DNA from: a virus
Length of the DNA: 64,000 nucleotides
Virus record (IMG/VR): IMGVR_UViG_3300050821_005814
Coordinates: 32,001-96,000 of that record
Strand: one strand, 5' to 3'
In this document: in pieces, positions 55,309 to 63,559 of the stretch
Numbering within the stretch: position 1 is the stretch's first letter
How the letters are laid out: each line of letters opens with the position of its first letter
Position numbers and translations under genes: made by a program
Notes under the pieces: model-generated
The model's database searches: none
What the model saw: only the letters and a program-made list of their open reading frames with translations
What the model was told of the DNA's origin: nothing

Positions 55309-56962
55309 GGCGTTCCTAACGAAGCCGCTGCCTCATCTGCCCAAATTCAAAGGCGCGGACGAGGCAGCGCTTATGCGCCTGATCTACGACTCGACAGGAC
55401 AACCCTACGCACCAATCACAACCCCCCGCAAGCATCAGCTTGATGGCGTTGCATTTGCGCTGTATCAGCGCCGCGCTGTGCTGCAATACGACCCTCGGTT
55501 GGGCAAGACAAAGATGGCGCTCGACTGGGCTATGCACCTGCGCAAAGCCAATCTCTGGCGGGCAGGCAAGAAGGGGCTTGTCATCGCGCATTCGCCTGTC
55601 GGGTTGTCAGTATGGAAGCATGAGATCGCGAAGCACTCCAATCTATCAGCATGCTATGTGCAGAACGATGTGCAAGAGTTCATCGACGCGCTAGCAACGG
55701 ATGTCGACCTCATCGTGCTACCTTGGTCTGGCTTGCAGGCAATCTTCTCCGAGAAACGCCTAGCGCAGCGGGGACGACGCGCGGGGAAGCCTAAACTTTA
55801 CCCCTTCTATGCAGCGCTGCACATTGCGGCGGAGGAGTTCGGGCTCGTCATTGCGGACGAGATCCACATGTGCAACAACCATATGTCGCTGCGTTTCAAG
55901 ATCGCTGCCAAGATCATTGAGGGGTGCCGCTTTCGCTTGGGACTGACTGGCACACCAATCGGCCGCAACAAGCTTGCGATATGGCCGTCCAGCTATCTCC
56001 TAGATGAAGGAGCAGCGCTCAGCGCAAGCTACCCATTTTTCGAGGCTGCTTTCAGCGCGCGCAAGAAGAACTGGTTCGGGCGGCACAAAGGGCTGTTCAA
56101 AAACGAGAAGACTGGCGTTGAGACCTGGGCCAACTACGACTACGTGTTTGACAATGACAAGCTACCGCTCCTGCAGGCGAAGCTTGCCACCCTAGCGATC
56201 AGCTACAAGCTGAAGGAGGTACGCGCTGTTGATGTGCGGCCTGATGTCATCGAGCTGACCATGTCGCTTGAACAGGCGGAGGCGTACAACGAGGTCGTGC
56301 AGCGTGCACGCATGATTCACAGCGGAGATGTGCATGAGATTCAGAACTCGTTTGTGCGCTTGCGGCAGATCTCGTCGGGGTTCATACCCTTCACGGACAG
56401 CGATGGTAAGCAGCATATGCGGCAGTTCACGCACCCGTCGAAGGTTGAGTGGCTGTCGGACTTGCTCGAGAAGATAGACCCTGACTTAGCGCTCATCATC
56501 TTTCATGAGTTCACGGAGTCAGGGGACCGCATATGCGGACTGCTCGAGGCTGCTAAGATCAAGCATGCATGGTTCTACGGCGGCACAAAGGACAAGGACG
56601 CGATTGGCAAGTTTCAGCGCGGCGACATCAACGTGCTTGTCGCTAACACGGCGAAAGGCGGCATGTCAATTGACTTACATCGCGCTGACTACATGTTGTT
56701 TTATGAGAGTCCCGTCAGTCCCATCACACGCACGCAAGCCGAGGCGCGTCCGCTAGCTGAGCAGCGCGGCAAGCGTCCTCTGATTATTGACGACCTCGTC
56801 TGTTCACCAATCGAACGCAGAGTGCGTGAGCTCGTACGTGAAGGTAAGAACGCGCTCAAAGCATTGACGAGTGCACCGCGCAGTTGGGAGATGCTTGACC
56901 TGCATGCATTAGGCAAAAAGAAACCCCCAGGCCGTAAAGCCCAGGGGCGCTTGCCGCTTTAG
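55283..56962 (+). CDS. SNF2-family (SF2) helicase
   Basis: PRKHQ, RLGKT, DEIH, LTGTP, LRQISSG, QAEAR. Confidence 0.9.
   Translation: MPISKKAIEAFLTKPLPHLPKFKGADEAALMRLIYDSTGQPYAPITTPRKHQLDGVAFALYQRRAVLQYDPRLGKTKMALDWAMHLRKANLWRAGKKGLVIAHSPVGLSVWKHEIAKHSNLSACYVQNDVQEFIDALATDVDLIVLPWSGLQAIFSEKRLAQRGRRAGKPKLYPFYAALHIAAEEFGLVIADEIHMCNNHMSLRFKIAAKIIEGCRFRLGLTGTPIGRNKLAIWPSSYLLDEGAALSASYPFFEAAFSARKKNWFGRHKGLFKNEKTGVETWANYDYVFDNDKLPLLQAKLATLAISYKLKEVRAVDVRPDVIELTMSLEQAEAYNEVVQRARMIHSGDVHEIQNSFVRLRQISSGFIPFTDSDGKQHMRQFTHPSKVEWLSDLLEKIDPDLALIIFHEFTESGDRICGLLEAAKIKHAWFYGGTKDKDAIGKFQRGDINVLVANTAKGGMSIDLHRADYMLFYESPVSPITRTQAEARPLAEQRGKRPLIIDDLVCSPIERRVRELVREGKNALKALTSAPRSWEMLDLHALGKKKPPGRKAQGRLPL
56915..56947 (-). 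terminator. Rho-independent terminator for the convergent small gene
   Basis: Minus strand CCCCTGGGC-TTTACG-GCCTGGGGG then TTTCTTTTT. Confidence 0.8.
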
Positions 56963-57165
56963 CCGTAGATCGCTACCGCTATCTCGTCCGTGAGCAACAT
57001 CTCTTCTTGCTGCGCAGAAGCGGGTACGCGCTGCTGAAGCAATGCTAGGACTGCGTTTGCATTGTTGATGTTGCCAACGTCGACCATTGCCTCATATGCA
57101 GCAATCAACGCGTAGCGTGGCTGATCGTTCTCGTCGCGCGCAGGCGCGAACTCTGCAACTTGCAT
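56959..57165 (-). CDS. Small hypothetical protein ending in AIYG
   Basis: ATG 57165 after AGGAGA; has its own terminator. Confidence 0.7.
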   Translation of the reverse strand: MQVAEFAPARDENDQPRYALIAAYEAMVDVGNINNANAVLALLQQRVPASAQQEEMLLTDEIAVAIYG

Positions 57166-57552
57166 AGCTGATTCTCCTGACAAAGAGCGGGGACACGACA
57201 TTGCGTCCAACAGCATGCTAGCAGTCCCGCAGCAGCGTAGCGTTGCTCATTGCGCATCGCTGAAAAATTGGTCTGTAATAGCTGCCCTAATAGGCATATG
57301 CACGGGCATATGCAGGGAAATTGCGCTGCGCAAAACTGTGGGGGGTTTGGCTAGTTTTAGCTAGCGCAACGCTGCGAGCCAAAAGTGCGCCGTTCCGCCT
57401 AGGCGGAAGCGCAATGACCCCCTACTAACCCCTTGAAATCGTAGTGGGTTTTTATCTAGTAGTCAGATCTGCGCGCAGATAGTATATTTATGTCAATCCC
57501 CTAGCTAAATAACAGCCTAAAGAGGGGGAATGAGGCAGCGCTAGCTGCTCGC

Positions 57553-57939
57553 GGGGTCCGACCCCCCGCCCCCATTCCCAGCGGTCAACGGACTAGCTAA
57601 GCGCTGCTTAGCTGCTCCCCACCAGGACCCCTTAGCGCAGCGCAGCGCGGGATTGGGGAATGGGTGACGGAGTACCTGACGAGGACCTCTTGCTTCGGTG
57701 CGCTGACGTCTGCACCAGCAACGGGACCAGCCGGACCGCCGTGACAGACATGAGTCGGCAGCGTGCAGTATCCTAGTAGCTTCTAGGCAACGAAATGCAT
57801 GCGACGGTGCGCATAGCGCAGCGCGAGTCCCCTTAGCTAGCAGCAATGCAGCGGGAGTGGGGTAGCGCTAAGCGCGGGACTACGCGCCTTAGCATAGCAG
57901 GACGGACCACACGCTCGGTTTGGGACTCATGCTGGGTGC
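57553..57939 (+). ncRNA. Candidate structured ncRNA upstream of the early genes
   Basis: ORF-free, multiple nested long-range helices. Confidence 0.5.
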
Positions 57940-58036
57940 AAACATAAAGTTCTCTCTCATTGTTCTACTGATGAAAGCGTCAATGCTTTTGCATATGCCT
58001 CTAGCGCCGCAGCGCGGGATTAGGCGATATATGCAA

Positions 58037-58063
58037 TTGCATTGACGCTATGCAGCTATAGCA
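58037..58063 (+). promoter_or_regulatory. Putative host sigma70-type early promoter
   Basis: TTGCAT/TTGACG ... GCTATAGC just before the first leader hairpin at 58072. Confidence 0.4.
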
Positions 58064-58109
58064 CCTTACGCTGCACTGATGATTCCTGGTGCACAATGGG
58101 AGAACAAAT

Positions 58110-58451
58110 ATGCTCAAAGCGAAGCGCGTGACGATCGAACGTGACCATCGCGCTAACGGCTACATTGCTGGCTGGAACGGCCGCGTCCCAGGCGACGATC
58201 ACCCGGAGTATTTGGAGGGACACAAGCAAGGCGTTGCAGCAGCGAAAAGAGCAAATGACGTCGAAACGTTCGCTGCGCGTACGAGAAAGCATCATAAGGA
58301 CGTGCGTGCTGCTGCTAAAGCGCTACGCGACGCTGCGCCTGACCTTGCTAATGCTTTACGACTCGCAAGGGAATTGGCATGCACAGCTGGCGGCTTGCGG
58401 CACGACCAAATTGACTCATTGCTCGCGCATATGATTCTATACGGCTACTAA
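58110..58451 (+). CDS. Early hypothetical protein
   Basis: ATG after GGGAGA leader; ends ILYGY. Confidence 0.75.
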   Translation: MLKAKRVTIERDHRANGYIAGWNGRVPGDDHPEYLEGHKQGVAAAKRANDVETFAARTRKHHKDVRAAAKALRDAAPDLANALRLARELACTAGGLRHDQIDSLLAHMILYGY

Positions 58452-58520
58452 CGCGTACAGATGCAGCGCATTGCGCTGCATTTGCCTGCGCTAGTGCAGG
58501 ATACAATGGGAGAACAAAAT

Positions 58521-59045
58521 ATGGCTTACAAAGCACGGAAGCTTACGCGCGCTGAGATGACTGCAAAGGAGAACGCAGCGCTTGCAGAGGCGGGTATGGC
58601 TATTGACGCTGCGAACAGCAACCCAGACACGACGAACGTTCAACGCTATCAGCTCGCGTCGCGCATCCTTTGGATCCAAGGGGCGCACAAGTATGTGTTC
58701 CCTAGCCAACTGATGCTTAGTGCTGCGCATGCGGACAAAGCGAAGTACCAAGCCGACTTTGACGTATATGCTCATGCCGAGGGCGTCAAGCATGCGCGGT
58801 CTTATGCGCTGGGCGGTGCAAATAGGTATCTCGAGAAAATGAAGAAGCATGCCGAGCGATTGATCGAAGACCTCAACCGCTATCAAGTGCAGCTCAACGC
58901 AGACAACAACGATAACGTCGACCGGTCCGATCGCTTCGGCTGGGCGGTCAATGAGATCGAAAACTTCTGCCGCAACGTTGGCTACAGCGAAGCAACGCGC
59001 ATTTGCGCTACGCTTGCAAAGGCTTTTGACCGCAAAGACGACTAA
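58521..59045 (+). CDS. Early hypothetical protein
   Basis: ATG after repeat leader. Confidence 0.8.
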   Translation: MAYKARKLTRAEMTAKENAALAEAGMAIDAANSNPDTTNVQRYQLASRILWIQGAHKYVFPSQLMLSAAHADKAKYQADFDVYAHAEGVKHARSYALGGANRYLEKMKKHAERLIEDLNRYQVQLNADNNDNVDRSDRFGWAVNEIENFCRNVGYSEATRICATLAKAFDRKDD

Positions 59046-59113
59046 CGCGTATGGATGCAGCGTTCGCTCACGCTGCATTCACCTGCGCTAGTGCAGGCAA
59101 TGGGAGAACTCAA

Positions 59114-59344
59114 ATGGTTGAAGTTGAAATGATCGGCCGCGCACTCAAGCTTGGCGACAAGCTGAGCAATGGGGCGGTCGTCATGGCATATCGCGACGTA
59201 AGCTTTGATCGGCGCATAGTGCTCGCGCTGTTCCGTCGCACTGAGTATGTCACGTGGCGGCTTGACTATGACAACAACCCCTGGGGCGGACACTACTTCG
59301 AGGGCGACCTCGTCGCCGCTGCCATGGACTTTCTCAGCCGCTGA
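59114..59344 (+). CDS. Early hypothetical protein
   Basis: ATG after repeat leader; YVTW...GHYF...A..DF..R. Confidence 0.8.
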   Translation: MVEVEMIGRALKLGDKLSNGAVVMAYRDVSFDRRIVLALFRRTEYVTWRLDYDNNPWGGHYFEGDLVAAAMDFLSR

Positions 59345-59357
59345 AGGAGTATGCGCT

Positions 59358-59633
59358 ATGGTTGGAACACGCTTTGAAATCACGGATCTCGACCTTGGCG
59401 AGGCTGCTTACTTCGAGCTCGCGTGCAAGACGCATATGCAGCGCAGCACGTTCGGCACAAGGGAAGCGCTCGTCGCGCTGATCGCTATTGCGCAAGGTAA
59501 GCAAGTCTCCGACGCCGTCCGCAACGATGCGATCAATGCCGCTAGTGCGGTCATCGTACAAAAAGGTTGCGAGGAGATGGGTGAGGGGTTGTCCTACCTG
59601 ACGGACAACATCGACGTCATAATTTACGGCTGA
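59358..59633 (+). CDS. Early hypothetical protein ending in IIYG
   Basis: AAGGAG SD; similar to 56959-57165. Confidence 0.75.
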   Translation: MVGTRFEITDLDLGEAAYFELACKTHMQRSTFGTREALVALIAIAQGKQVSDAVRNDAINAASAVIVQKGCEEMGEGLSYLTDNIDVIIYG

Positions 59634-59705
59634 CCCTGATGGATGCAGCATAAGGAGATGCTGCATTTACCTAGGCCAGACCTGGGATACAATGGGAGAA
59701 CGAAT

Positions 59706-59945
59706 ATGAAGGTAAAGTACACGATCACTGCTGAAGTGATGGTCGACATCATGCCAGACGACGACAACAAGGTGCCGCCAAAAGTGCTTCGCAAAGTGCC
59801 ATCGCAACTCAAGCATGAGTTGCGGTACACGCTGCAAGAAGACGATCAGCTGTCCAACAGCTTGCTCGATACACTCGGGCATGTCATTCGACTCAAGGTC
59901 AAGCGATTGGCCGTCGACCAATCCGGACCATTATGGATCCGCTAA
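59706..59945 (+). CDS. Early hypothetical protein
   Basis: ATG after repeat leader. Confidence 0.75.
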   Translation: MKVKYTITAEVMVDIMPDDDNKVPPKVLRKVPSQLKHELRYTLQEDDQLSNSLLDTLGHVIRLKVKRLAVDQSGPLWIR

Positions 59946-60020
59946 GTAACTAGCTTGGATGGAAGCAGCGCCAATGCGCTGCTTCTACCTGCGCTAGTGC
60001 AGGGCAATGGGAGAACGAAT

Positions 60021-60368
60021 ATGAAGATCGATCCGACGACCACGCGCCGCATACTTCGGGTTGGCGATATCGTCATGGTCCGCAGCGCGCATACGAACAA
60101 GGTGCTGAAGACGATGAAAATTGATCGCGTCAGCAAGGCGCAAAAGCGCGTGCATCTCGAAGGTCAGCATGCAGACATTGCGTTTTACTACCAGCAAGGC
60201 AGCATGCACTACAGGCAAAACCCCGGTTCGGGTTTGGCTGGTAGCTTTCTCAACGACTACTTTTGCATCGATGATGTCAAGTCCGGTCCCGGCTATATCG
60301 AAGCCGAAGGCGATGACGGCTCGAAGCTGTTTATCAACAGCAATGGCGATGTACGCGGTATCTTCTGA
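60021..60368 (+). CDS. Early hypothetical protein
   Basis: ATG after repeat leader. Confidence 0.75.
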   Translation: MKIDPTTTRRILRVGDIVMVRSAHTNKVLKTMKIDRVSKAQKRVHLEGQHADIAFYYQQGSMHYRQNPGSGLAGSFLNDYFCIDDVKSGPGYIEAEGDDGSKLFINSNGDVRGIF

Positions 60369-60446
60369 CCCTGATGGATGCAGCGCTCGAAGCGCTGCAT
60401 CTACCTAGGCCAGCATGGCGTAGGGTATCACAATGGGAGAACTTAC

Positions 60447-61184
60447 ATGGCACTTAACGACAAGATCCGCAAGCTCATGGCACTGGCGACGCACCCTGGC
60501 AGCAATGCGCAGGAGGCGGCCGCTGCTGCCGCAATGGCTGCAGAGCTTGCGCTCAAGTACAACATCGACCTCGAAAGCGTCTCGCAGGAGACGACAAAGC
60601 AGGCCAAGGTGTTCATGCGCGGTAACACTGCATTCAAGGTGTCGCCGCGTGACCGGTCCGCTGGCTTTGCCATACAGCATGGTATCGCCAAGCTGTATGG
60701 TGTGAAGCCTGCATACCACTATGACGGCAGTCAAAATCATATGTGGTACATTGGACAGGAGCACAACGTTGCTGTTGCCAATAGCTGGTCGGAATACCTT
60801 TGGAACGCGTGCCTCAAGGCCAACGTCGAGTACAGCCGGCGGCGCATATACGATAGCGCGAAGGAACGCTATCGCGCGGACCAGACCTTCCGTCTGACCT
60901 TCTCGCGTGAAGTATGCTCGCGTCTCGAAGAGAAGCAGCAGCGCATGAAGGACACTGGCGTATCATCGACTGGCACGGCGCTCGTCGTTGTCAATTGGTA
61001 TGAGGCTGAGCGCAAGGAGATCCAAGCTTGGGTCGACAATACTATGAAAATGAAGACGACGACCTCGAAGGCAAAGCGCATTGACTCGGGCGCTGCGCTT
61101 GCGGGGCACGAAGCTGGTCGTCGCGTTGGTCTGCATGACCAGCTCGCCGGCCGGGCGCAACCTACAATGCGCCGCATAGCCTAA
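60447..61184 (+). CDS. DUF2786-domain protein
   Basis: DKIRKLMALA...N.QEAAAA...A..L..KYNI; C-terminal AG.EAG. Confidence 0.85.
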   Translation: MALNDKIRKLMALATHPGSNAQEAAAAAAMAAELALKYNIDLESVSQETTKQAKVFMRGNTAFKVSPRDRSAGFAIQHGIAKLYGVKPAYHYDGSQNHMWYIGQEHNVAVANSWSEYLWNACLKANVEYSRRRIYDSAKERYRADQTFRLTFSREVCSRLEEKQQRMKDTGVSSTGTALVVVNWYEAERKEIQAWVDNTMKMKTTTSKAKRIDSGAALAGHEAGRRVGLHDQLAGRAQPTMRRIA

Positions 61185-61264
61185 CCTGTAGGGAAGCAAC
61201 GCAGCGCTCAGCGTTGCTTCTCCCTGGGTTAGTTAGTCCAGGGTAACGCAATGGGAGAACTTAG

Positions 61265-62149
61265 ATGACACTAGAACTTAGAGATCCGCAAGTCCGCGCT
61301 GAGCTGTTCGCAATGCGCTGGGCGAGCGAGTCCGCTGCAAAGCAGTGGCTTCGTCGGCAGGGTGCCAATGCTGAGGCATTGACAACCAACGGGCTGATCG
61401 TTGGAATGGCGCCTGACAACGGCGTCTGCCTGCAGGAGCAGGTTACTGCTGTGAAAGGGACCATCCCGCAGGCGGCAAAGGCAAAGGAGCGCAGCGCTGC
61501 AACGCGCCGTGCTCTCGAGCTGGACGCTGCGACGGGTAAGGGGAAGGTCGCGGACATCGATGACAAGGTCGCAGCGCATGAGAAAGCGGATGCGGCGGGT
61601 GATATCGAGGATGCGCGGCCGAAGGTTCCCCAAACACTCGTCGACGGGGACACACCACTCCCTGACACGGAGTCGCTGCTCGCGCGGGACACGTCTGGGC
61701 GCGTAATGATCAATCGGTCGCATGAGGCGTTCATTCGCCTGCCGACAATGGGACCGAAAGACAAGCTTCGCTCCTGGGCGGCATACTACGCCGCTTACCT
61801 GCGCACTGTCATTGACGTGTGCGATGTCGAGACAGGCGCATTGATCGAACGCTTCAACGGTCGCGGTGCGACAGTACGTCCGCCATCGACCAGCAAGCCG
61901 CGCGTGTCCATGACCAATGGTACTGGTCGCGGCCGCAGGGCGAGCAGCGCTGCACTGAGTCCCTTGCAACTCAAGTGGATTGAGCTTGCGTCGCGTCCAG
62001 ATGGCGCCAAGCGCACCGAGCTCACGTCTGCCAATGAGGGCACTGTCCTCAATTGGAAGGGTGTGCTCGAATCGCTTGGTAAGAAGCGCGGCCTGTCGCT
62101 GACGGTCACAAAGGCGCAGGGTGAGACGCCTGTATACAAGCTAGCCTAA
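61265..62149 (+). CDS. Early hypothetical protein, possible C-terminal wHTH
   Basis: 294 aa after repeat leader; LASRPDGA...EL...W...YKL. Confidence 0.8.
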   Translation: MTLELRDPQVRAELFAMRWASESAAKQWLRRQGANAEALTTNGLIVGMAPDNGVCLQEQVTAVKGTIPQAAKAKERSAATRRALELDAATGKGKVADIDDKVAAHEKADAAGDIEDARPKVPQTLVDGDTPLPDTESLLARDTSGRVMINRSHEAFIRLPTMGPKDKLRSWAAYYAAYLRTVIDVCDVETGALIERFNGRGATVRPPSTSKPRVSMTNGTGRGRRASSAALSPLQLKWIELASRPDGAKRTELTSANEGTVLNWKGVLESLGKKRGLSLTVTKAQGETPVYKLA

Positions 62150-62225
62150 CCTGTAGGGAAGCAGCATGGTAGCGCATGCTGCTTCTCCCTGGGTTAGACC
62201 TGGGATGACCAATGGGAGAACGAAT

Positions 62226-62552
62226 ATGGCTAGCAGTTCATATATAGGCGAAGAGTACGCCGATCATGTCGCAGTACCTGCTTGTATCAGGCATGACGAA
62301 GAGCTTTGCTGGCACTATGCAGAGCTCGCCGCAGAGATCTTCTTTCGCGGTACGATGCCTCAGTACGATGATGCTGCGTACTGGCGGTATAGCGCAAGCT
62401 GTTACTTGCCTGAAAACCAGCCGCAGTACCGCAACAGCATGCCTCCTCCTCCTCCAAGCGAGGATGACGCATTTGACATGACCTACGACGATTGCATCGA
62501 GGAAGCTGAAAAGATTGAGTGCGGCTTTGTCGGCGGCGAGGAGATGGTGTGA
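62226..62552 (+). CDS. Early acidic hypothetical protein
   Basis: ATG after repeat leader; D/E-rich. Confidence 0.7.
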   Translation: MASSSYIGEEYADHVAVPACIRHDEELCWHYAELAAEIFFRGTMPQYDDAAYWRYSASCYLPENQPQYRNSMPPPPPSEDDAFDMTYDDCIEEAEKIECGFVGGEEMV

Positions 62553-62698
62553 TGTCTGACCACGAAATAGTCGAGATGCTCATGCTACTCGGCAAGATCG
62601 TATGGAGCGTCGCTGGGATCGCTGCCGGTGCCTTTAGCATCTTCGCTAATGGCGTCGTCATTTGGCGCATCATGACCGGCAAACGTCTCTGGACCTGA
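62552..62698 (+). CDS. Small membrane peptide (48 aa)
   Basis: Read manually; TGATG-coupled; its stop lies in the next repeat. Confidence 0.6.
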   Translation: MSDHEIVEMLMLLGKIVWSVAGIAAGAFSIFANGVVIWRIMTGKRLWT

Positions 62699-62771
62699 CC
62701 CTGATGGATGCAGCGCAAGCGCGCTGCATCTACCTAGGCCAGTCGCTTAGGACAACAATGGGAGAACGAAT

Positions 62772-63107
62772 ATGGTACCGACTATCAGACTAATGGTCAT
62801 GCGCAGCGGTACGCGCTACTTCATCTACAACCGAGGCATGACATTCGTCATGCAGCGCGCGGATGGGTCGCAGGCTGCGCTCGGCCTGATCACGCATGAA
62901 CCCGTCATGTTCATGTTCGCGCTGGAAGACGCGCTGCTGTCCAAGGACAACCCCAGCGGCATGGCGATGAAAGCAGCAAAAGCGTTCCTCGGCGAGGACT
63001 GCAAGATCAACCTTATCCACACTGTCACGAAGCCGATCGAGGATAAGGATCCCGCGATTGAGCTCGAGGCGGCGGGGATCAACCTGACGGAGGCGCATGT
63101 GTCATGA
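62772..63107 (+). CDS. Early hypothetical protein
   Basis: ATG after repeat leader. Confidence 0.75.
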   Translation: MVPTIRLMVMRSGTRYFIYNRGMTFVMQRADGSQAALGLITHEPVMFMFALEDALLSKDNPSGMAMKAAKAFLGEDCKINLIHTVTKPIEDKDPAIELEAAGINLTEAHVS

Positions 63108-63490
63108 AGCGCTATAGCATTCTAATGGTATGCGGCTTGGTTGTTGCGCTTGCTTTTGCGTACGTGCACGGTGCTTTAGCTGATGGATTGCTCACAGCAT
63201 TCATCGGCGCAGTATGCGGCATGTACGTTGGCAGTTGGGCATTCCAGCGCTGGGGCGACCCCAAGCTCATGCGGGACTGGGATCGTGTCAGCAACCGCAA
63301 TTGGTCGCTTGCGCAAGCAAGTCAAGCAATGTTCGACGCAGGTATCGGCGAGCCTTATGCTGATGCTGAGCACGATATGATCGACCTGCTGCGGGGACAC
63401 GTGACCCTGCCCGAGTTGATCGAGGTGATGCGTATATTACACAACGCATGGGGTCACCGCTTCCTGCATGATCTCGTGACGGGCGACTAA
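63104..63490 (+). CDS. Early membrane protein
   Basis: Two N-terminal TM segments; ATGA-coupled. Confidence 0.7.
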   Translation: MKRYSILMVCGLVVALAFAYVHGALADGLLTAFIGAVCGMYVGSWAFQRWGDPKLMRDWDRVSNRNWSLAQASQAMFDAGIGEPYADAEHDMIDLLRGHVTLPELIEVMRILHNAWGHRFLHDLVTGD

Positions 63491-63559
63491 CGCGTACGGT
63501 TGCAGCGCTTGTCAGCGCTGCACTCGCCTGCGCTAGTGCAGGACAATGGGAGAACAAAT

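Larger units (their letters stand above)
58072..63559 (+). repeat. Array of 10 intergenic two-hairpin + CAATGGGAGAAC elements
   Basis: Copies at 58072 (partial), 58448, 59042, 59630, 59950, 60365, 61181, 62146, 62695 and 63487. Confidence 0.95.

Noticed and set aside
57676-57700. Hammerhead-like CTGACGA (also on the minus strand near 15695 and CTGATGA at 58076)
   Set aside because: No stem II followed by GAAA in the required position.
61179-62199. Integron attC resemblance of the class C repeats (GCCTAAC...GTTAGAC, stop codon in the left box)
   Set aside because: Only 2 of 9 copies have AAC/GTT. There are no extrahelical bases, and wobbles favour the top strand, whereas attC folds on the bottom strand. 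Left and right boxes stay class-matched, which shuffling at G/TT would scramble. No integron integrase is in the window. Kept only as a minor alternative.
58072-63559. CRISPR array interpretation of the repeats
   Set aside because: The spacers are whole genes of 240-900 bp, the repeats are degenerate, and there are no cas genes.
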